From assembly GCF_001194135.2 (NCBI RefSeq), contig NC_068999.1:48009063-48073062 (forward strand): a stretch of DNA of 64,000 bases. Reading direction: 5' to 3'. The DNA comes from Octopus bimaculoides (Eukaryota). The notes beneath the pieces are model-generated. The model saw only the letters and a list, made by a program, of their open reading frames with translations. It was not told the DNA's origin and did not search any database. Below are positions 1-49,440 of this stretch, one piece after another. The position numbers and the translations under genes were made by a program. Position 1 is the stretch's first letter; each line of letters begins with the position of its first letter.

Positions 1-522
1 AAACCCATTATTTTGTTGTTTTTGCATACATCACCCTCTTTTGGCCACCCCATTCCATTATCGCATGGCTTTTCTTCATCCCCCACCCCTGGATCTTTCC
101 ACCCCCAACAGAAAGGCAGTACTACCCATTTTGGAAACCACTGATTTATGCAATTAACCAATTGATTGTTTGGTTAATCAATCAAATGGTTATGTTTATC
201 AAAGTCCTTTCATCGCCATTCATGACCTTATCAAGGTTGACCGTATCAAGGACATGCCCACTCTTCTCCAGAACTTTGACAAAACTAACTGATTTATTGA
301 TTACCCAAATGATTAATGAAAACAATCAATTAGTTAATTGGCTAAATGGTTAACTAATGGACTAACACAAAGCAAAAATAAAGAAGTGAAACAAAACCAG
401 TCCGTGTGTTTATTATTGATGCAATGACTCTCCCAAGATCTAGCAAAATCTTTTTGTAAGTTTCTCAATAAATCGTTTCTTTCTTAGTAAATCTTTTATC
501 TCCTATGTTGTTACTATTTCAG

Positions 523-37588
<37,066 letters not shown>

Positions 37589-37799
37589 AATATACAAAAT
37601 AATATTGCTGTGTTGCTAATAACTGAATTTAAATTTCTATGAAAAATGAAATTTGTGCTAAAAATACAAACTCTTTTGATATTCAATAAATCAGTATTTA
37701 TAAATTAATGTGTACTTTTGTTCTTTTGAAATTAAATATTTAGAAGACTATATTTTCAAAGGGAGGTCAGTTTCTTAAAATAAATGTTAAACTAAACAT

Positions 37800-38027
37800 T
37801 TAACCCTTTAGCATTCACATTGTTCTGTCAAAAGTAATGCTTATTTATTCTCATTGTTTTAAATTAATCATGGATTATCTTGTAGCTTTGAGATTTTGAT
37901 GAGGTTCTTGTTAATTTTTAGAATTATATTGTAAGGTTGGTGTGAGAGGCCAGATCTGGCCAGTTTGGGCTTAAAAGAGGTAGAATATTTTGGCCAGATA
38001 TAGCTGGTTTAAATGCTAATGGGTTAA
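37800..38027. mobile_element. piggyBac-type about 230-bp MITE (other copies 26452-26677, 34114-34391, 43473-43688, 46367-46594, 61297-61519)
   Basis: TTAA|CCCTTTAGCATT...AATGCTAATGGG|TTAA ends; six clearly homologous interiors in the window. Confidence 0.75.
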
Positions 38028-38454
38028 ATAAAAGTATAATTATTTCAGATGAGAAATAGATTTTAAAATAGAATTAAGAGGATAAAAAAAAACAACCTAA
38101 CTGAAGCGCTAAAAAAATAACAATTAAAGTGAGCATTATTAGATTGGATGAAGGCATTTAATTTCATTTAAGTTACCCTTGTGGTGATGAGAGGGAATCC
38201 CTTGGTTCAATGGCTGATTCTGTTCAAGAAGTGCAATGAAGACAACCCCGAAATCTAAGTAAATATAGAATTCAGTCATGGAATTGAATCTGATCTTTGC
38301 TCGTTTGGTGACAACTTCAGCCATGTTTTAGTATTATTAGAATCAATCAGCTAAACATAGTCTAACCATATTCCCTGATCTTAGAATGACAAACGATAGC
38401 ACAGGAATTTTGTGAATGAACAGTGAGTGGCATAATAAACAAAAAGCATAACTC

Positions 38455-38960
38455 AAGAAATTGTGGTCAGTCTGTGGCTGGAAAGGGTTGCTACTGAAGG
38501 TCATATGTGTGGCAGCAAAATTTACCCCCCCCCCTGCTATACCTCAGGAAAGAGTCAGAAGAAGTTGTCAAAGAATTTCTATGGCTTTACCAGCCCCAAT
38601 ATCTGGTTTCCTAAATCCTTCAATTGTAATCCCAAGGATTACTATGTGTTGGGTATGGTTGGGAATGACACCAACTGCTCTGCCTGCAACACCAAGGCCA
38701 AGATCAAATAGGTATTCAAAGATCCTCCCAGGGACACAGTCAAGAATGCATGTCAGGTTCTGGAGGCTGTAGTAGAAACATGGTAGGTTCTAAAGGCTGT
38801 GGTAGAAGCTGAGGGTGGCTACTTTGAGTAAACTGCTATGTCTCACCATAATCTAGATACATTTTGATTTTTTTTTATAAATGCTTTTATTTTTGGATGG
38901 GATATTGTGTTTTTTTTTTCTTTTTGTATAATCTGTAAAATTTAGCTCAAACATCCTGTG
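38455..38960 (+). mobile_element. Tc1/mariner (maT, DD37D-like) transposase C-terminal remnant
   Basis: TSGKSQ..LSKNF..FTSPNIWFPKSFNCNPKDYYVLG (like WPPxSPDxNPxDYYVWG) ... EAVVEAEGGYFE*; frameshifted, with stops. Confidence 0.72.
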
Positions 38961-39019
38961 AAGTTAATTATCTGAATGGTAAATGTAAATTTATTTTTAT
39001 TTTGTGAAATAATTTCAAC

Positions 39020-39555
39020 ATGCTGTGTGAAAAAGTGCCACACCCTAACAGTTGAGGGAACTCGTGGAAGAGGTAGGCCCAGGAAGACCTGGGCTGCGGT
39101 GGTGAGGCAAGACCTTCGTACATTGGGCCTCACCGAGGCGATGACTACTGACCGAGACCTTTGGAAATGGGCTGTGCGTGAGAAGACCCGGCAAGCCAAG
39201 TAAGATCGTTGCCAGTGCCCCTGGACTGGTTCTTGTGCGGGTGGCACATAAAAGACACCATTTCGAGCGTGGCCGTTGCCAGTATCGCCTGACTGGCCTT
39301 CGTGCAGGTGACACGTAAAAGCACCTACTACACTCTCTGAGTGGTTGGCGTTAGGAAGGGCATCCAGCTGTAGAAACTCTGCCAAATTTAGATTGGAGCC
39401 TGGTGTTGCCATCCGGTTTCACCAGTCCTCAGTCAAGTCGTCCAACCCATGCTAGCATGGAAAGCGGACGTTAAANNNNNNNNNNGTCAAGTCGTCCAAC
39501 CCATGCTAGCATGGAAAGCGGACGTTAAACGATGATGATGATGATGATGATGATT
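39020..39555 (+). mobile_element. RTE LINE extreme 3' end (ORF C-terminus, 3' UTR, GAT tail)
   Basis: CVKKCHTLTVEGTRGRGRPRKTW...DRDLWKWAVREKTRQAK* followed by the shared tail ...catggaaagcggacgttaaacgatgatgat. Confidence 0.85.
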
Positions 39556-40377
39556 TCCTAGAAAACAAAATGGAAAATGATTTCAACATTTCTAAGGAAG
39601 AAAGGAAAGAAAGAAACTGATTTGTTAGATGAGAACGTACAAAAAGATAAAATAAATTGCCAACAGGAAAACTAAGTTGAACATGTCAATGATTGCTGAA
39701 CAATTGACAGCAGTTTTAAGGGCTATTTTTGTTATACCCAGGAATTAAAACTTATCCAGAAGAAACCAGAATTATGTGAATGCAAATTCTATTTCACTTT
39801 CTCATGAATGAAGGTCGGGTGGCAAAAATTATTTACCTCGTAGTTTGATGAAGGCTTGGTTAGGAGAGGGCAGGAACAAGTACACTAACGCATTCCTTAT
39901 TTTTGCCAGGTAGATATGGTTATTCTGATAGCTGGAGAAGGAAGGATCTTAAGAAATTGGAATCTCAGAATATATTTTTTCTGAGATGTAACTGTTATTT
40001 CTAGTATGTTGAGTGACCACACTGAGACCAGCTTCATTTCATTTGCTGATTCAAATAGGTGCAAATATGCAGTAAAAAGCATCTGGGAAAATAGTATGGG
40101 GATAGGTATTTTGAAAGCCTAGATGTCGGTTAAAAACATTGAAAATTTGAAAAACAAAGTTGGGGCGTGGAGGATAATTTCCATATTTTATCCAAGAAAT
40201 TTGGAATTGTGTAAATGTATGGATTTTAAACATACACAGAAAATTTGCCTTTTATAGATAAGATACTTCATATATTAATCTTTTTAAATTGCTTATCCCT
40301 ACATTCACTTCTATATCTGCTCAAATTTATATCTCTCGAGTGTATTCTATACTGAGAACATGTGGATCTCATGTAAG

Positions 40378-40413
<36 letters not shown>

Positions 40414-41309
40414 TGTACATTTAAACACATAAGAGGTATCCACCATAGGACTCCCTCACGCTAGAAAAAACAGCTAAGTTCCAAACCNNNNNNNNNNNNN
40501 NNNNNNNNNNNNNNNNNNNNNNNNNNNNNNNNNNNNNNNNNNNNNNNNNNNNNNNNNNNNNNNNNNNNNNNNNNNNNNNNNNNNNNNNNNNNNNNNNNNN
40601 NNNNNNNNNNNNNNNNNNNNNNNNNNNNNNNNNNNNNNNNNNNNNNNNNNNNNNNNNNNNNNNNNNNNNNNNNNNNNNNNNNNNNNNNNNNNNNNNNNNN
40701 NNNNNNNNNNNNNNNNNNNNNNNNNNNNNNNNNNNNNNNNNNNNNNNNNNNNNNNNNNNNNNNNNNNNNNNNNNNNNNNNNNNNNNNNNNNNNNNNNNNN
40801 NNNNNNNNNNNNNNNNNNNNNNNNNNNNNNNNNNNNNNNNNNNNNNNNNNNNNNNNNNNNNCCCAGAACAAAGTGGTTGGGAAGCAAACTTCTCATCACA
40901 CAGCTATGCCTGTGCTTCAAAATTTCTGGCAAACATGGCATTAATTTTTGGAAATTAATTAAAAAAATTCTTTGAAAGTATTCCCACTAAGTTTTTTTTT
41001 AATTTCTTTCTCCAGCTAAAATGAATATTTTAATTAATCAATAATTTTTTGTGTACATTTATTGATTAGCTGTTACCAGTTCCTACCGTGTTTTAAATAT
41101 TAGAAATAATTCTACCAGACAAAGTAGACTTTAATAATTGGTTTCTTTTAATAAAAGTTACGCACTCCAAACTAATTAATTAGTACTTTTGAGAGCGTGG
41201 GAGATTGATTGTTATTACTGGTTGTGAAAATGTAACCACTGTGTTTAATAAGACCGAGGATGGTCCGTGTGTCAGAGTGGTCGGCGCACGTAGGTTGCTT
41301 AGTCTAATC

Positions 41310-41433
41310 ATGATGGACAGTATGGCGGCGTGTTTTTGTTGTTTACGTTGCCGTACCTTTGGTGCAGGTATTAGCGGTGGACATGTAATTTTAAAAGAGC
41401 AACCAGCTGTAAAATTAGATACAGCGCATATGG
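41310..41433 (+). CDS. SPRYD7: SPRYD7 exon 1
   Basis: MMDSMAACFCCLRC...DTAHMG|gtaagt. Confidence 0.9.
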
Positions 41434-41858
41434 GTAAGTCATTCACAACCGATAATTGTCTCACAAGGGAAGTTAAAGAGAATAAATCGTTAAAGATTTG
41501 TCTTTAAATCTATCAGTAATACTTCAAGATATTTAACCAACTTACTCGCAAAATTCTTTATCTTCACAAATATTCGTCGTCTTTTAATAAAAACTGTCTA
41601 CCGAGAAATTCTTTGTTTATGTTTATACGTAGTTTCTCAGAATCTAATATTAAATGCCCTGTCTTGTCATAATATTCTTGTGTAGCATATGTTTCAACTT
41701 CCTAGTTACCTGTTTGTCTTTGGAATTATCCTATTGAGCTTTTGTACTGATATAAATCTCAGTATTTCAATTTAAGAAATCATAACATCGATTTAAAACA
41801 GCTGAGATATCTTCCGTACCTCTGTTATTTATCTTCCCCATTAAAGCTTTTCGGCATT

Positions 41859-41895
<37 letters not shown>

Positions 41896-44800
41896 CAATT
41901 ACCGTTTCAGGAATTTCTCTTTCCCTTATAGACTTAGTTTTAAAAGGAACGAACTAATGAAAAGATAATGTTTAAATGCCATCAATCTATACTGACAATG
42001 CGAACACTATTTTATTAATAATGATCTCTGACATTTTACAATGCTGTTTTATTCGTTGGAAGGGGTAGAGTTGATTTAATGAACCAAATTTTATTTTATG
42101 GACCTCGAAAATATGAAAGGTAAAAATCGCCAGCTGGATTTGAACGTAAAATACAACTAAATATCATCGAGGTGTCGTCCAGTGTGGTACTTTCATCTGT
42201 TTGCGCCACTACCACCTCCTATTTGGCCAACAGTATGATACTGAATGTGATTAAATTTATTTATAAAGATCGCTTATATTTGAATTTATAGTTAGTTGTG
42301 TAGTGACTAGAAAAACAAAAAAGGAGGGGATAAAAGAATACGAAAAACCGGATGTTTAAAACAGTGCAATTAAACGAGGAATGAAATGCACATGATAAAA
42401 AAGATGAGACTAATATATCGGGAAAGAAAATCAGAAACAAAGGTTACAAAGAAAGTGAACTATAAAGATGAGAGAAATGCGCAGAACGCATTGTGAAAGA
42501 TGCTGAACCGACAAGCACCCACGTTTAAGCCTATAGTACTTATTGTTTCACACGAAACAGCTGAAGTACACGGATAAAACTAATCATGGGCAAACTGCGG
42601 CCCGTGGGACTTTCTGAATGGCATACCTAAATGAAAATTAACCCACTATTTCTCATGCAGCCCGCTTTTCGACAAAAGCTGCCCGTACCTGGATTAAACC
42701 AGACTGGGGCTTGCACCACGATGCATGTTGGCGAAACACTGTTGCATGTGATGGTTATTATAATCCTAGCAGGTTTGTGAAGGGGCCCAAACTATTATTT
42801 GTAAAAGAAATATCAATGTGGGCTTTTAATCGTATTGTACAAGCTAGTTCGTTCTCTGGCCAACAAAGAAGGACGGAAAAAACTATGTGATGGCATCTGG
42901 GAACAAGTAATGCATGGCTCCTATCATATCCTCACAGATACGTTTAGAGGATCGAGTTCAGCCAACAGGAACGTGTTTGAAAATTTAATTTAACGTATAA
43001 ATGAAATATGTGGAGATTTTTGAGTTTATGTCTCTATTTTCTGTCAATCAGCAGTTAGTGTAATTTCTTTTGTTAATTGACGAAGTTATTTTTTTCGTTG
43101 TGTGTGTGTGTAGGCGGTGTTAGATATTTTGATATGCAATGAAAATGTGACGATCCTCGAGTTAATTATCTCAAGGTGTGGCTGTGTGACATATATAGAA
43201 GTGGCTTTGTGGTAAGAAGTTTGCTTCTCAACATGGTTCCAGGTTCAGTCCCTCTGCATGGCACCTGACCTATTGCAAGTGTCTTTTAGTATATATTCTA
43301 TCTCTAGAATTGGTTTCATGAAATGTTTTTATTCACAGATGTAAATAAATGTATCTTCATTGTCAGTTCAGCTTTTAGTTGTTATGAGCTAAAGCACCTT
43401 TGCTAAATTAACTTGTAGCATCCACTCATCTTACAATTGTATGTTTATGAAGTTAAGGTTTTAGCTGATAAATTGACCCTTGAACTTTCACATTACTCCG
43501 CCAGATGCATTGCTTATTCTTTCACCTTGTTTTGAATTAATCATACATTATCTCTGAACTTCAAGATTTCAATGATGTGATTGTTTAGTTTTAGAAGGAC
43601 ATTGTAGGGTAAGTGTGAGATGGCAGATCCTGTTAGTTTGACAGAATATCTGGGCCGGACATGGCCAGTTTAAATGCTAAAGGGCTAAAGATATAAGCCA
43701 ATGCAAACTCAAATATGTATTGCACTCCCACTTCATAATTCATGATTAATGGAAAAAAAATTCAACTTTTTTTCTTTTATTTCTCATCCAGGTAATGATG
43801 TTGTTATTGTCAAACATGGTCGTAGGATCTGTGGCTCTGGGGGAGCATTGGCTAATGTTCCAATTGTCCAGAACAAAGCATATTTTGAAATCAAAGTACA
43901 ATGTGGAGGTAAGATATTTATAAGTTTATCATGTATTTAAATATTGAATATCATTTTTTTTTAAAATTATAAGCATCATCATCATTTAACATCTGTTTTC
44001 CAAGCTGGCATGGGTTGGACAGTTTGACAGAAGCTGGCAAGTCAGAGGTTCCAGTCAAGTTTCGGCAAGGTTTCAATTGCTGGATGCCCTTCCCAACAAC
44101 AACCACTTTCCTAACACCACATGAAACAAGGCAATTTTTCTGATATTATTGTGGTTTAATGGCCTCAACAGTTTCTCCTGAGAGGAATAACAATGAACAT
44201 CCAATGTTATGAATGTGTATTCGAAATGTAAATCCATCCATCATCATCATTTAACATTCATTTTTCTATGCTTTGCATGGGTCAGGTGGAGTTTATTTGA
44301 GGCAGATTTTCAACAATTGGGTGCCCTTCCTGTCACCAACCCTCACCTGTCTTCAAGCAAAGTAATATTTCCCTGTAGCCAGGCAGGTTTTCGCAAAATA
44401 TTGGAAAGGAATGACAGTGACAAGAACGTTATAACTATCACGTCGTGTCAAGACAAGGAAACAAACATTCACACACACTGAGCCGGCTTCTTTCAGTTTC
44501 TACCCACCAAATCTACTCACAAGGCTTTAGTTGGCCTAAGGCCATAATAGAAAACACTTTCCCAAGGTGCCACACAGTGTGACTGAACCCAGAGCCATGT
44601 GATTGGGAAGTGAACTTCTTACCATACAAGATATGCCTGCATCTTAGCCACACATGCAAATTCTTGTATGTAATTGAGATATTGTTTTTTATTTATTTCT
44701 TAATATATTATTTCTTTCTTTCTTTCTTAGGATCCTGGGGTGTAGGATTGGCTTTAAGGAAAGTTGACCTGAATATTCTGCCTCTCGGATGTGAACCTGA

Positions 44801-45936
44801 TGCTTGGATTCTGCGTAACGATGGTAAACTCTATCATAATAACGAAGAGAAAATACAGATCCCAGAATTAGCCCAAGAGGGAGATATCATTGTAAGTATT
44901 TTACACATTGGCTTAGTATGCTTCTATGTTTCTTATTATGTAGTAAATGACAACATTGTTAGCACATTGGACTAAATGCTTAACGGCAGTTCTGACTCTT
45001 CATGTTCTGACTTCAAATTCTGCTGAGGTTGACTTTGTGTTTTATCCTCTCAGGGTTGATAAAATGATCCTATTTGAACACTGGAACTGACATAATTAAC
45101 AAACCCCCTCCTTGAAAACCACTGGCTTTGTACCAAAATTCTTAACCATTATTTATTACTTAGCAGTGTCCTATGTCCTTGCTAAAATATGTAACTCTCT
45201 TTACAGGGTTTATCTTATGACCATGTGGATTTGAATTTCTTCTTAAATGGCAAACCAACTAACACGCCAGTCAGTGGATTAAAAGGCACACTTTATCCTG
45301 TAATGTATGGTAAGTTGGTGTTTAATTTTCCTATATCCTCCTTATTATCATCATCATCATTTAAGGTTTATTTTCCATGCTGGCATGGGTTGGACTGTTT
45401 GACAGTCTGATTTGGTATGGTTTCTACAGCTGGATACTGTTCCTAAAGCCAAACACCTTACAGAGTGTGCTGGGTGCTTTTACAAGGCACTGCATGGGTG
45501 GTCTTACATGTCACCACACAGGTGCTTTTATGTGGCACTGCCACAAGTGCTTTACACCACCAGAAGGATCAGTCTTAACACTTCTATTGCAGAGTACAAG
45601 TCTTCTTGAGTTCATCAAGGTGCCAGGCATCTCAGACCTTTGTCATCTCGCCTGAAAGGTTCATTGTCCTGAGGTCGTTCTTCACTACTTCATTCCATGT
45701 CTTCCTGGGTCTTGCATTTCCACATGTTCCATGGAAATGGAAGACATCATTAGAAACTAACTAAGACTATGAGTTACGTGTAGGATTTTTCTGTTTTATT
45801 TCCATTTGTAACTTGGCGATTTTTTTTTTTCTTTTCAGTTGATGATGGAGCTGTTCTGGATGTGCAATTTGCTACATTTTATCATCAGCCACCAGATGGC
45901 TTTGACAGGATCATGATTGAACAGTCACTTCTATGA
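41310..45936 (+). CDS. SPRYD7: SPRY domain-containing protein 7; complete, 5 exons (41310-41433, 43792-43908, 44731-44891, 45207-45309, 45839-45936); 200 aa from ATG 41310 or 196 aa from ATG 41322
   Basis: Spliced protein MAACFCCLRC...LKEQPAVKLDTAHMG|NDVVIVKHGRRICGSGG...YFEIK...RNDGKLYHNNEEK...QEGDII|GLSYDHVDLNFFLNGK...GTLYPVMY|VDDGAVLDVQF...IEQSLL* matches recalled SPRYD7; all junctions GT-AG and in phase. Confidence 0.95.
42581..42693. mobile_element. Short hAT-like MITE
   Basis: catgggcaaactgcggccc ... aaaagctgcccgtacctg, imperfect inverted ends of hAT type. Confidence 0.45.
43792..43908 (+). CDS. SPRYD7: SPRYD7 exon 2
   Basis: ccag|NDVVIVKHGRRICG...VQCGG|gtaaga. Confidence 0.94.
44731..44891 (+). 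CDS. SPRYD7: SPRYD7 exon 3
   Basis: ttag|SWGVGLA...QEGDII|gtaagt. Confidence 0.94.
45207..45309 (+). CDS. SPRYD7: SPRYD7 exon 4
   Basis: acag|GLSYDHVD...LYPVMY|gtaagt. Confidence 0.94.
45839..45936 (+). CDS. SPRYD7: SPRYD7 exon 5
   Basis: tcag|DDGAVLDVQF...EQSLL TGA. Confidence 0.94.
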
Positions 45937-47139
45937 AAAGCTGCTTTCTATAAATGAGGTGACAGAGGCAACTGTGAACCAAAAAAAACACCGAGGTAGC
46001 TACTTTGTTGGAACTTGTATAATATCTAATTGTAAACTAGAACCTCTATGTAATACAATATGTACAATTATTGACATATTCTTGTATATGACGCATTTAT
46101 ATTGAAAATTAAAATGTTGTTTATTTTGATAAATTATCATTTCACAAACAGAATCAAACCAAAACATGGAAATATAACATATTTTTTATGTTAACTTTCT
46201 GATACTCATTTTCATACAAACATTTTAATTACTGTATTTTCCTAAATTACTTGTCTTTTCCTTGAGTAAGATTTTACCACAGTCTCAGAAAATGTTTCCT
46301 TGTAATTATAATTATTAAATATTTAACTGTAAGTTAAAATAAATACCTAGCTTGTGTAACTTGTACTTAATCTTTTAGCATTTAAACCAGCCATATCCGG
46401 CTCAAATATTCTACCTGCTTTACATTCAAACCAACCAGATCTGGCCTCTTACACCTACCCTGCAATGTTATTCTAAAAATAATCAGTCACACTATCAAAG
46501 TCTTGAAGTTACAAGATAATGCATGATTAATTCAAAACAATGTGAATAAATAAGTGTTACATTTGACAGAAGAATCTGAATGTTATAGAATTAAAAAAGC
46601 AAAGCATATTATACTTTTTCCAAGTTAATATTATCTATCTCTAAAGGTGTCAAGCTGCCAGAATCGTTATCGTTCTGCACAAAATACTTAATGACATTTC
46701 CTCTGACTTTACGTTCTGAGTTCAAACGCCACCTGGGTGGACTTCACCTTTACCAGTTAAGCACTGGGGTCAAAGTAATCAATTTACACTGGCCCCTTAG
46801 ATTGCTGGCCTTGTGCCAAAATTTGAAACCAACATTATCTAATCTTCATATATTCTGTGTGATAAATATTTTAAATATTATCTTATATCTGGTATTTCTA
46901 GAAATTTAATTAAAATCACTCCAATTTTCCTGCTCTGTTGTGCTTGATGTCTAAAAATTTTAGTGTTTAACTTTTAATCCCCCTGCCCTGTCTCACAGCA
47001 TTTAATATTTTTTTAATTTTTTATTGTATTCTCTGTGTGACATACAAGTTTTTAAACAGAGGTGTTGCAATATTAATGTATTATTTAGACATTTCAAGTA
47101 CACTAACCTCTATCAATTTTTGCCATCAAATTAAAATTG

Positions 47140-47560
47140 CCGCTACAACCTCACTTACTAAATTTATAATATCCTTCTGCGGATATTTGTGTAGAAGATT
47201 TTAGGATCTGTGGAGGGGACATTCTGTTATCTTCCAAGAGTCTGTGCCATAGAGCAATGAGTGTATGATACAGAGTTTGTATTGAGCGGACTTCACTACA
47301 ATGTTCACTTTCTAAATCCACAATATTATTCTGTGGTTATTTATGTTGAAGATTTGGTGAGGTGACATTCTGTTGTTCTCCAACAGTCTGTGTCGTAGAT
47401 CAAAGACCATATGATACAGCTCTAACATAATTTCATCATGATGATCATACTGAGTGAACTTCTCTCCAGTGTTTAGCATTTCAATGGTGTATTTTGTCTT
47501 GCTGTAATAGCTCGTAATTTCTATTGCAAGCAGGTATCTTCCACCTACTGTGACTGATCA
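47140..47560 (-). mobile_element. Decayed RTE-like fragment with internal tandem duplication (about 175-bp period)
   Basis: Minus strand carries LLYGTDSWKITE and a second copy LIYDTDCWRTTE (RTE LLYGxExW motif). Confidence 0.55.
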
Positions 47561-48679
47561 AGGGTTTGGGATTCAATTGAGCATATTCGTTTTGTGTAAC
47601 TTAGTATCAAAGATAAAAATCAATATTATATTCTTTTCTGAAAAGCATAGAAAAACAGAAGAGCTTCAGCCAAAAAACATTTTTGTATATAATTTTATTC
47701 TTTCATGTCAACATGAGTTCAGATTCTGCTAATGGTCAACCTAACTTTTCGTTTGGGTTCCATAAAACAAGTCTTAATAATAGATTGAAATGAATTCAAT
47801 TACCTATACATCTGGCCTTATTACTGAAAAAATTAATGTGTTCTTTCATCCATTATCAGTCTAACTGGTTATTTTTTTACAATTTCACCTTTCTAATTTT
47901 TAGGTATTATTTATTAAACATTTATAATTTTTTTTTTTCCTTTGGCTTCTGTATTTGGTTTGCAAGATTCTTGATGTGAACTCGTGTGTTGAAACAAATT
48001 TTATTGTATCTTGAGAGGGTCATTATGCCAATAATAAAACACATGTACTGGTTCAATTTCACTTCTTTTATTATTCATTAGTTGGTTAAATAACCAATTG
48101 ATGAGTAATAAAGAAGTAGAATAATACCAGTGCATATGTTTATTACTGACAGAATGACCCTCCTAAAATACAGCAAAATATATTTTTAATAATTAAATTA
48201 TATACTTTTATAATCAAACAGTTGTTAGTTTCTTTAGGTTTTTTTTTCTGATATAGGATGCATTTAACTTTAATAATAATTTATGTATATGTATAAAATA
48301 TGAGTAAAATGTGTTATTGTTGTTTCCAAACAGCTTTTTTTTTTCATTGCAAATACAGTAATACCTCAGTTAGCAATCTCAATACATTCTTAAAAATGCA
48401 GTGCTATTGGAGGTCATTACAACTTTGAATATACATAGAGATATAGCTTGCTAGGTTGTTTTTCTCATATGTAAATGAAGGTGACAAACATTCCCGAATA
48501 TTTGAAATTCAGAAATGATATCGCACCCTTCCAGTATTTGTTAACATTAGATAACCTCTCACATGTGATGTTACATATTGATTTCTGAAACTACAATAAA
48601 ATTAGACTTTAATTACGAGTGCACAAGTCTACCTTGCCTTACCTATTCTCATCCTCATTGCTGTGAGTCAGGGACCATG

Positions 48680-49440
48680 GACACATACTTCATCTCTGTC
48701 TCTATCAATTCCTACCCTTTGGCCATGGTTGTGCATTCATTCAGAGACCTTCTGGTTCATTCTTTGATGTCATCCAAGTAGCATCTTCTTAGTCTCACCT
48801 TTCCTCATTTCCCATTGACTCTTCTATAAGATGTGGATGCTGGGGTTCTGGACCTTGATTAGTTGAGACACATAAGGCCACAACATGATCCCTCTAACCA
48901 ACTCTGTCTCCTGCTATTGTTTCAGTCTCATTCCAGCTTCTCTACCCTTCTCGTCTCCTTTCCTTGTCAACAGTCCTTCGTGGTTTTAGGGTGTCCTGCT
49001 ACTTTTTCTTTCCCCTCCACTCAGGCTGTTACTTAAGTGCCACCATACACTCACTTTCTCAATCTTGCCTGAGGACATGTCTGATCCAGTTTCAGCATCC
49101 GCATCTTATTTCATCATTGATCCTGTTGATACCCATTGTTGTCTCAATTGTATCATTTCAGACTCTTGGCACACACTAGATGTCAAGTCTTCTCCTTAAG
49201 CATTTGAATCAGAAGCTGTCCCTTGCTTTTTCTTGCATTTTTGTCACTTTCCAGTTTTCACATCCACAGAGTAGATTGAGTCACTGTCTTAAACTGCTGA
49301 ACCTTGATAATATGCCCAAAATATTGCAGCTTTCTCTTCCTGACAGCCAAAACTTCTCTTTCTGTCCGCATTTCCTCAAGTAGAGATTCATTCGTTCAAT
49401 GGTCAACCCAGCTAATTCTCAATACTCTTTGGTAGCCCTT
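48680..49440 (-). mobile_element. Decayed RTE LINE fragments
   Basis: Minus-strand pieces RKRKLQYFGHI, LLCGCENWKVT and YLDDIKE with many stops. Confidence 0.6.

Noticed and set aside
38139-38324. Minus ORF with GIPSHHHK, faintly like a Helitron helicase motif
   Set aside because: The similarity is too short and no other helicase motifs are nearby.
39433-39530. Direct duplication of 44 bp on both sides of a 10-N gap
   Set aside because: An identical overlap across a scaffold gap is a typical assembly artefact.
39905-40000. Acceptor-like tttttgccag followed by an open frame
   Set aside because: The frame YGYSDSWRRKDLKKLESQNIFFLR resembles a decayed LINE RT C-terminal segment and no partner exons are visible.
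47340-47560. Minus-strand open frame of about 75 codons, considered as an exon of a hidden gene
   Set aside because: It lacks good splice sites and overlaps a duplicated RTE-like LLYGxxxW remnant.
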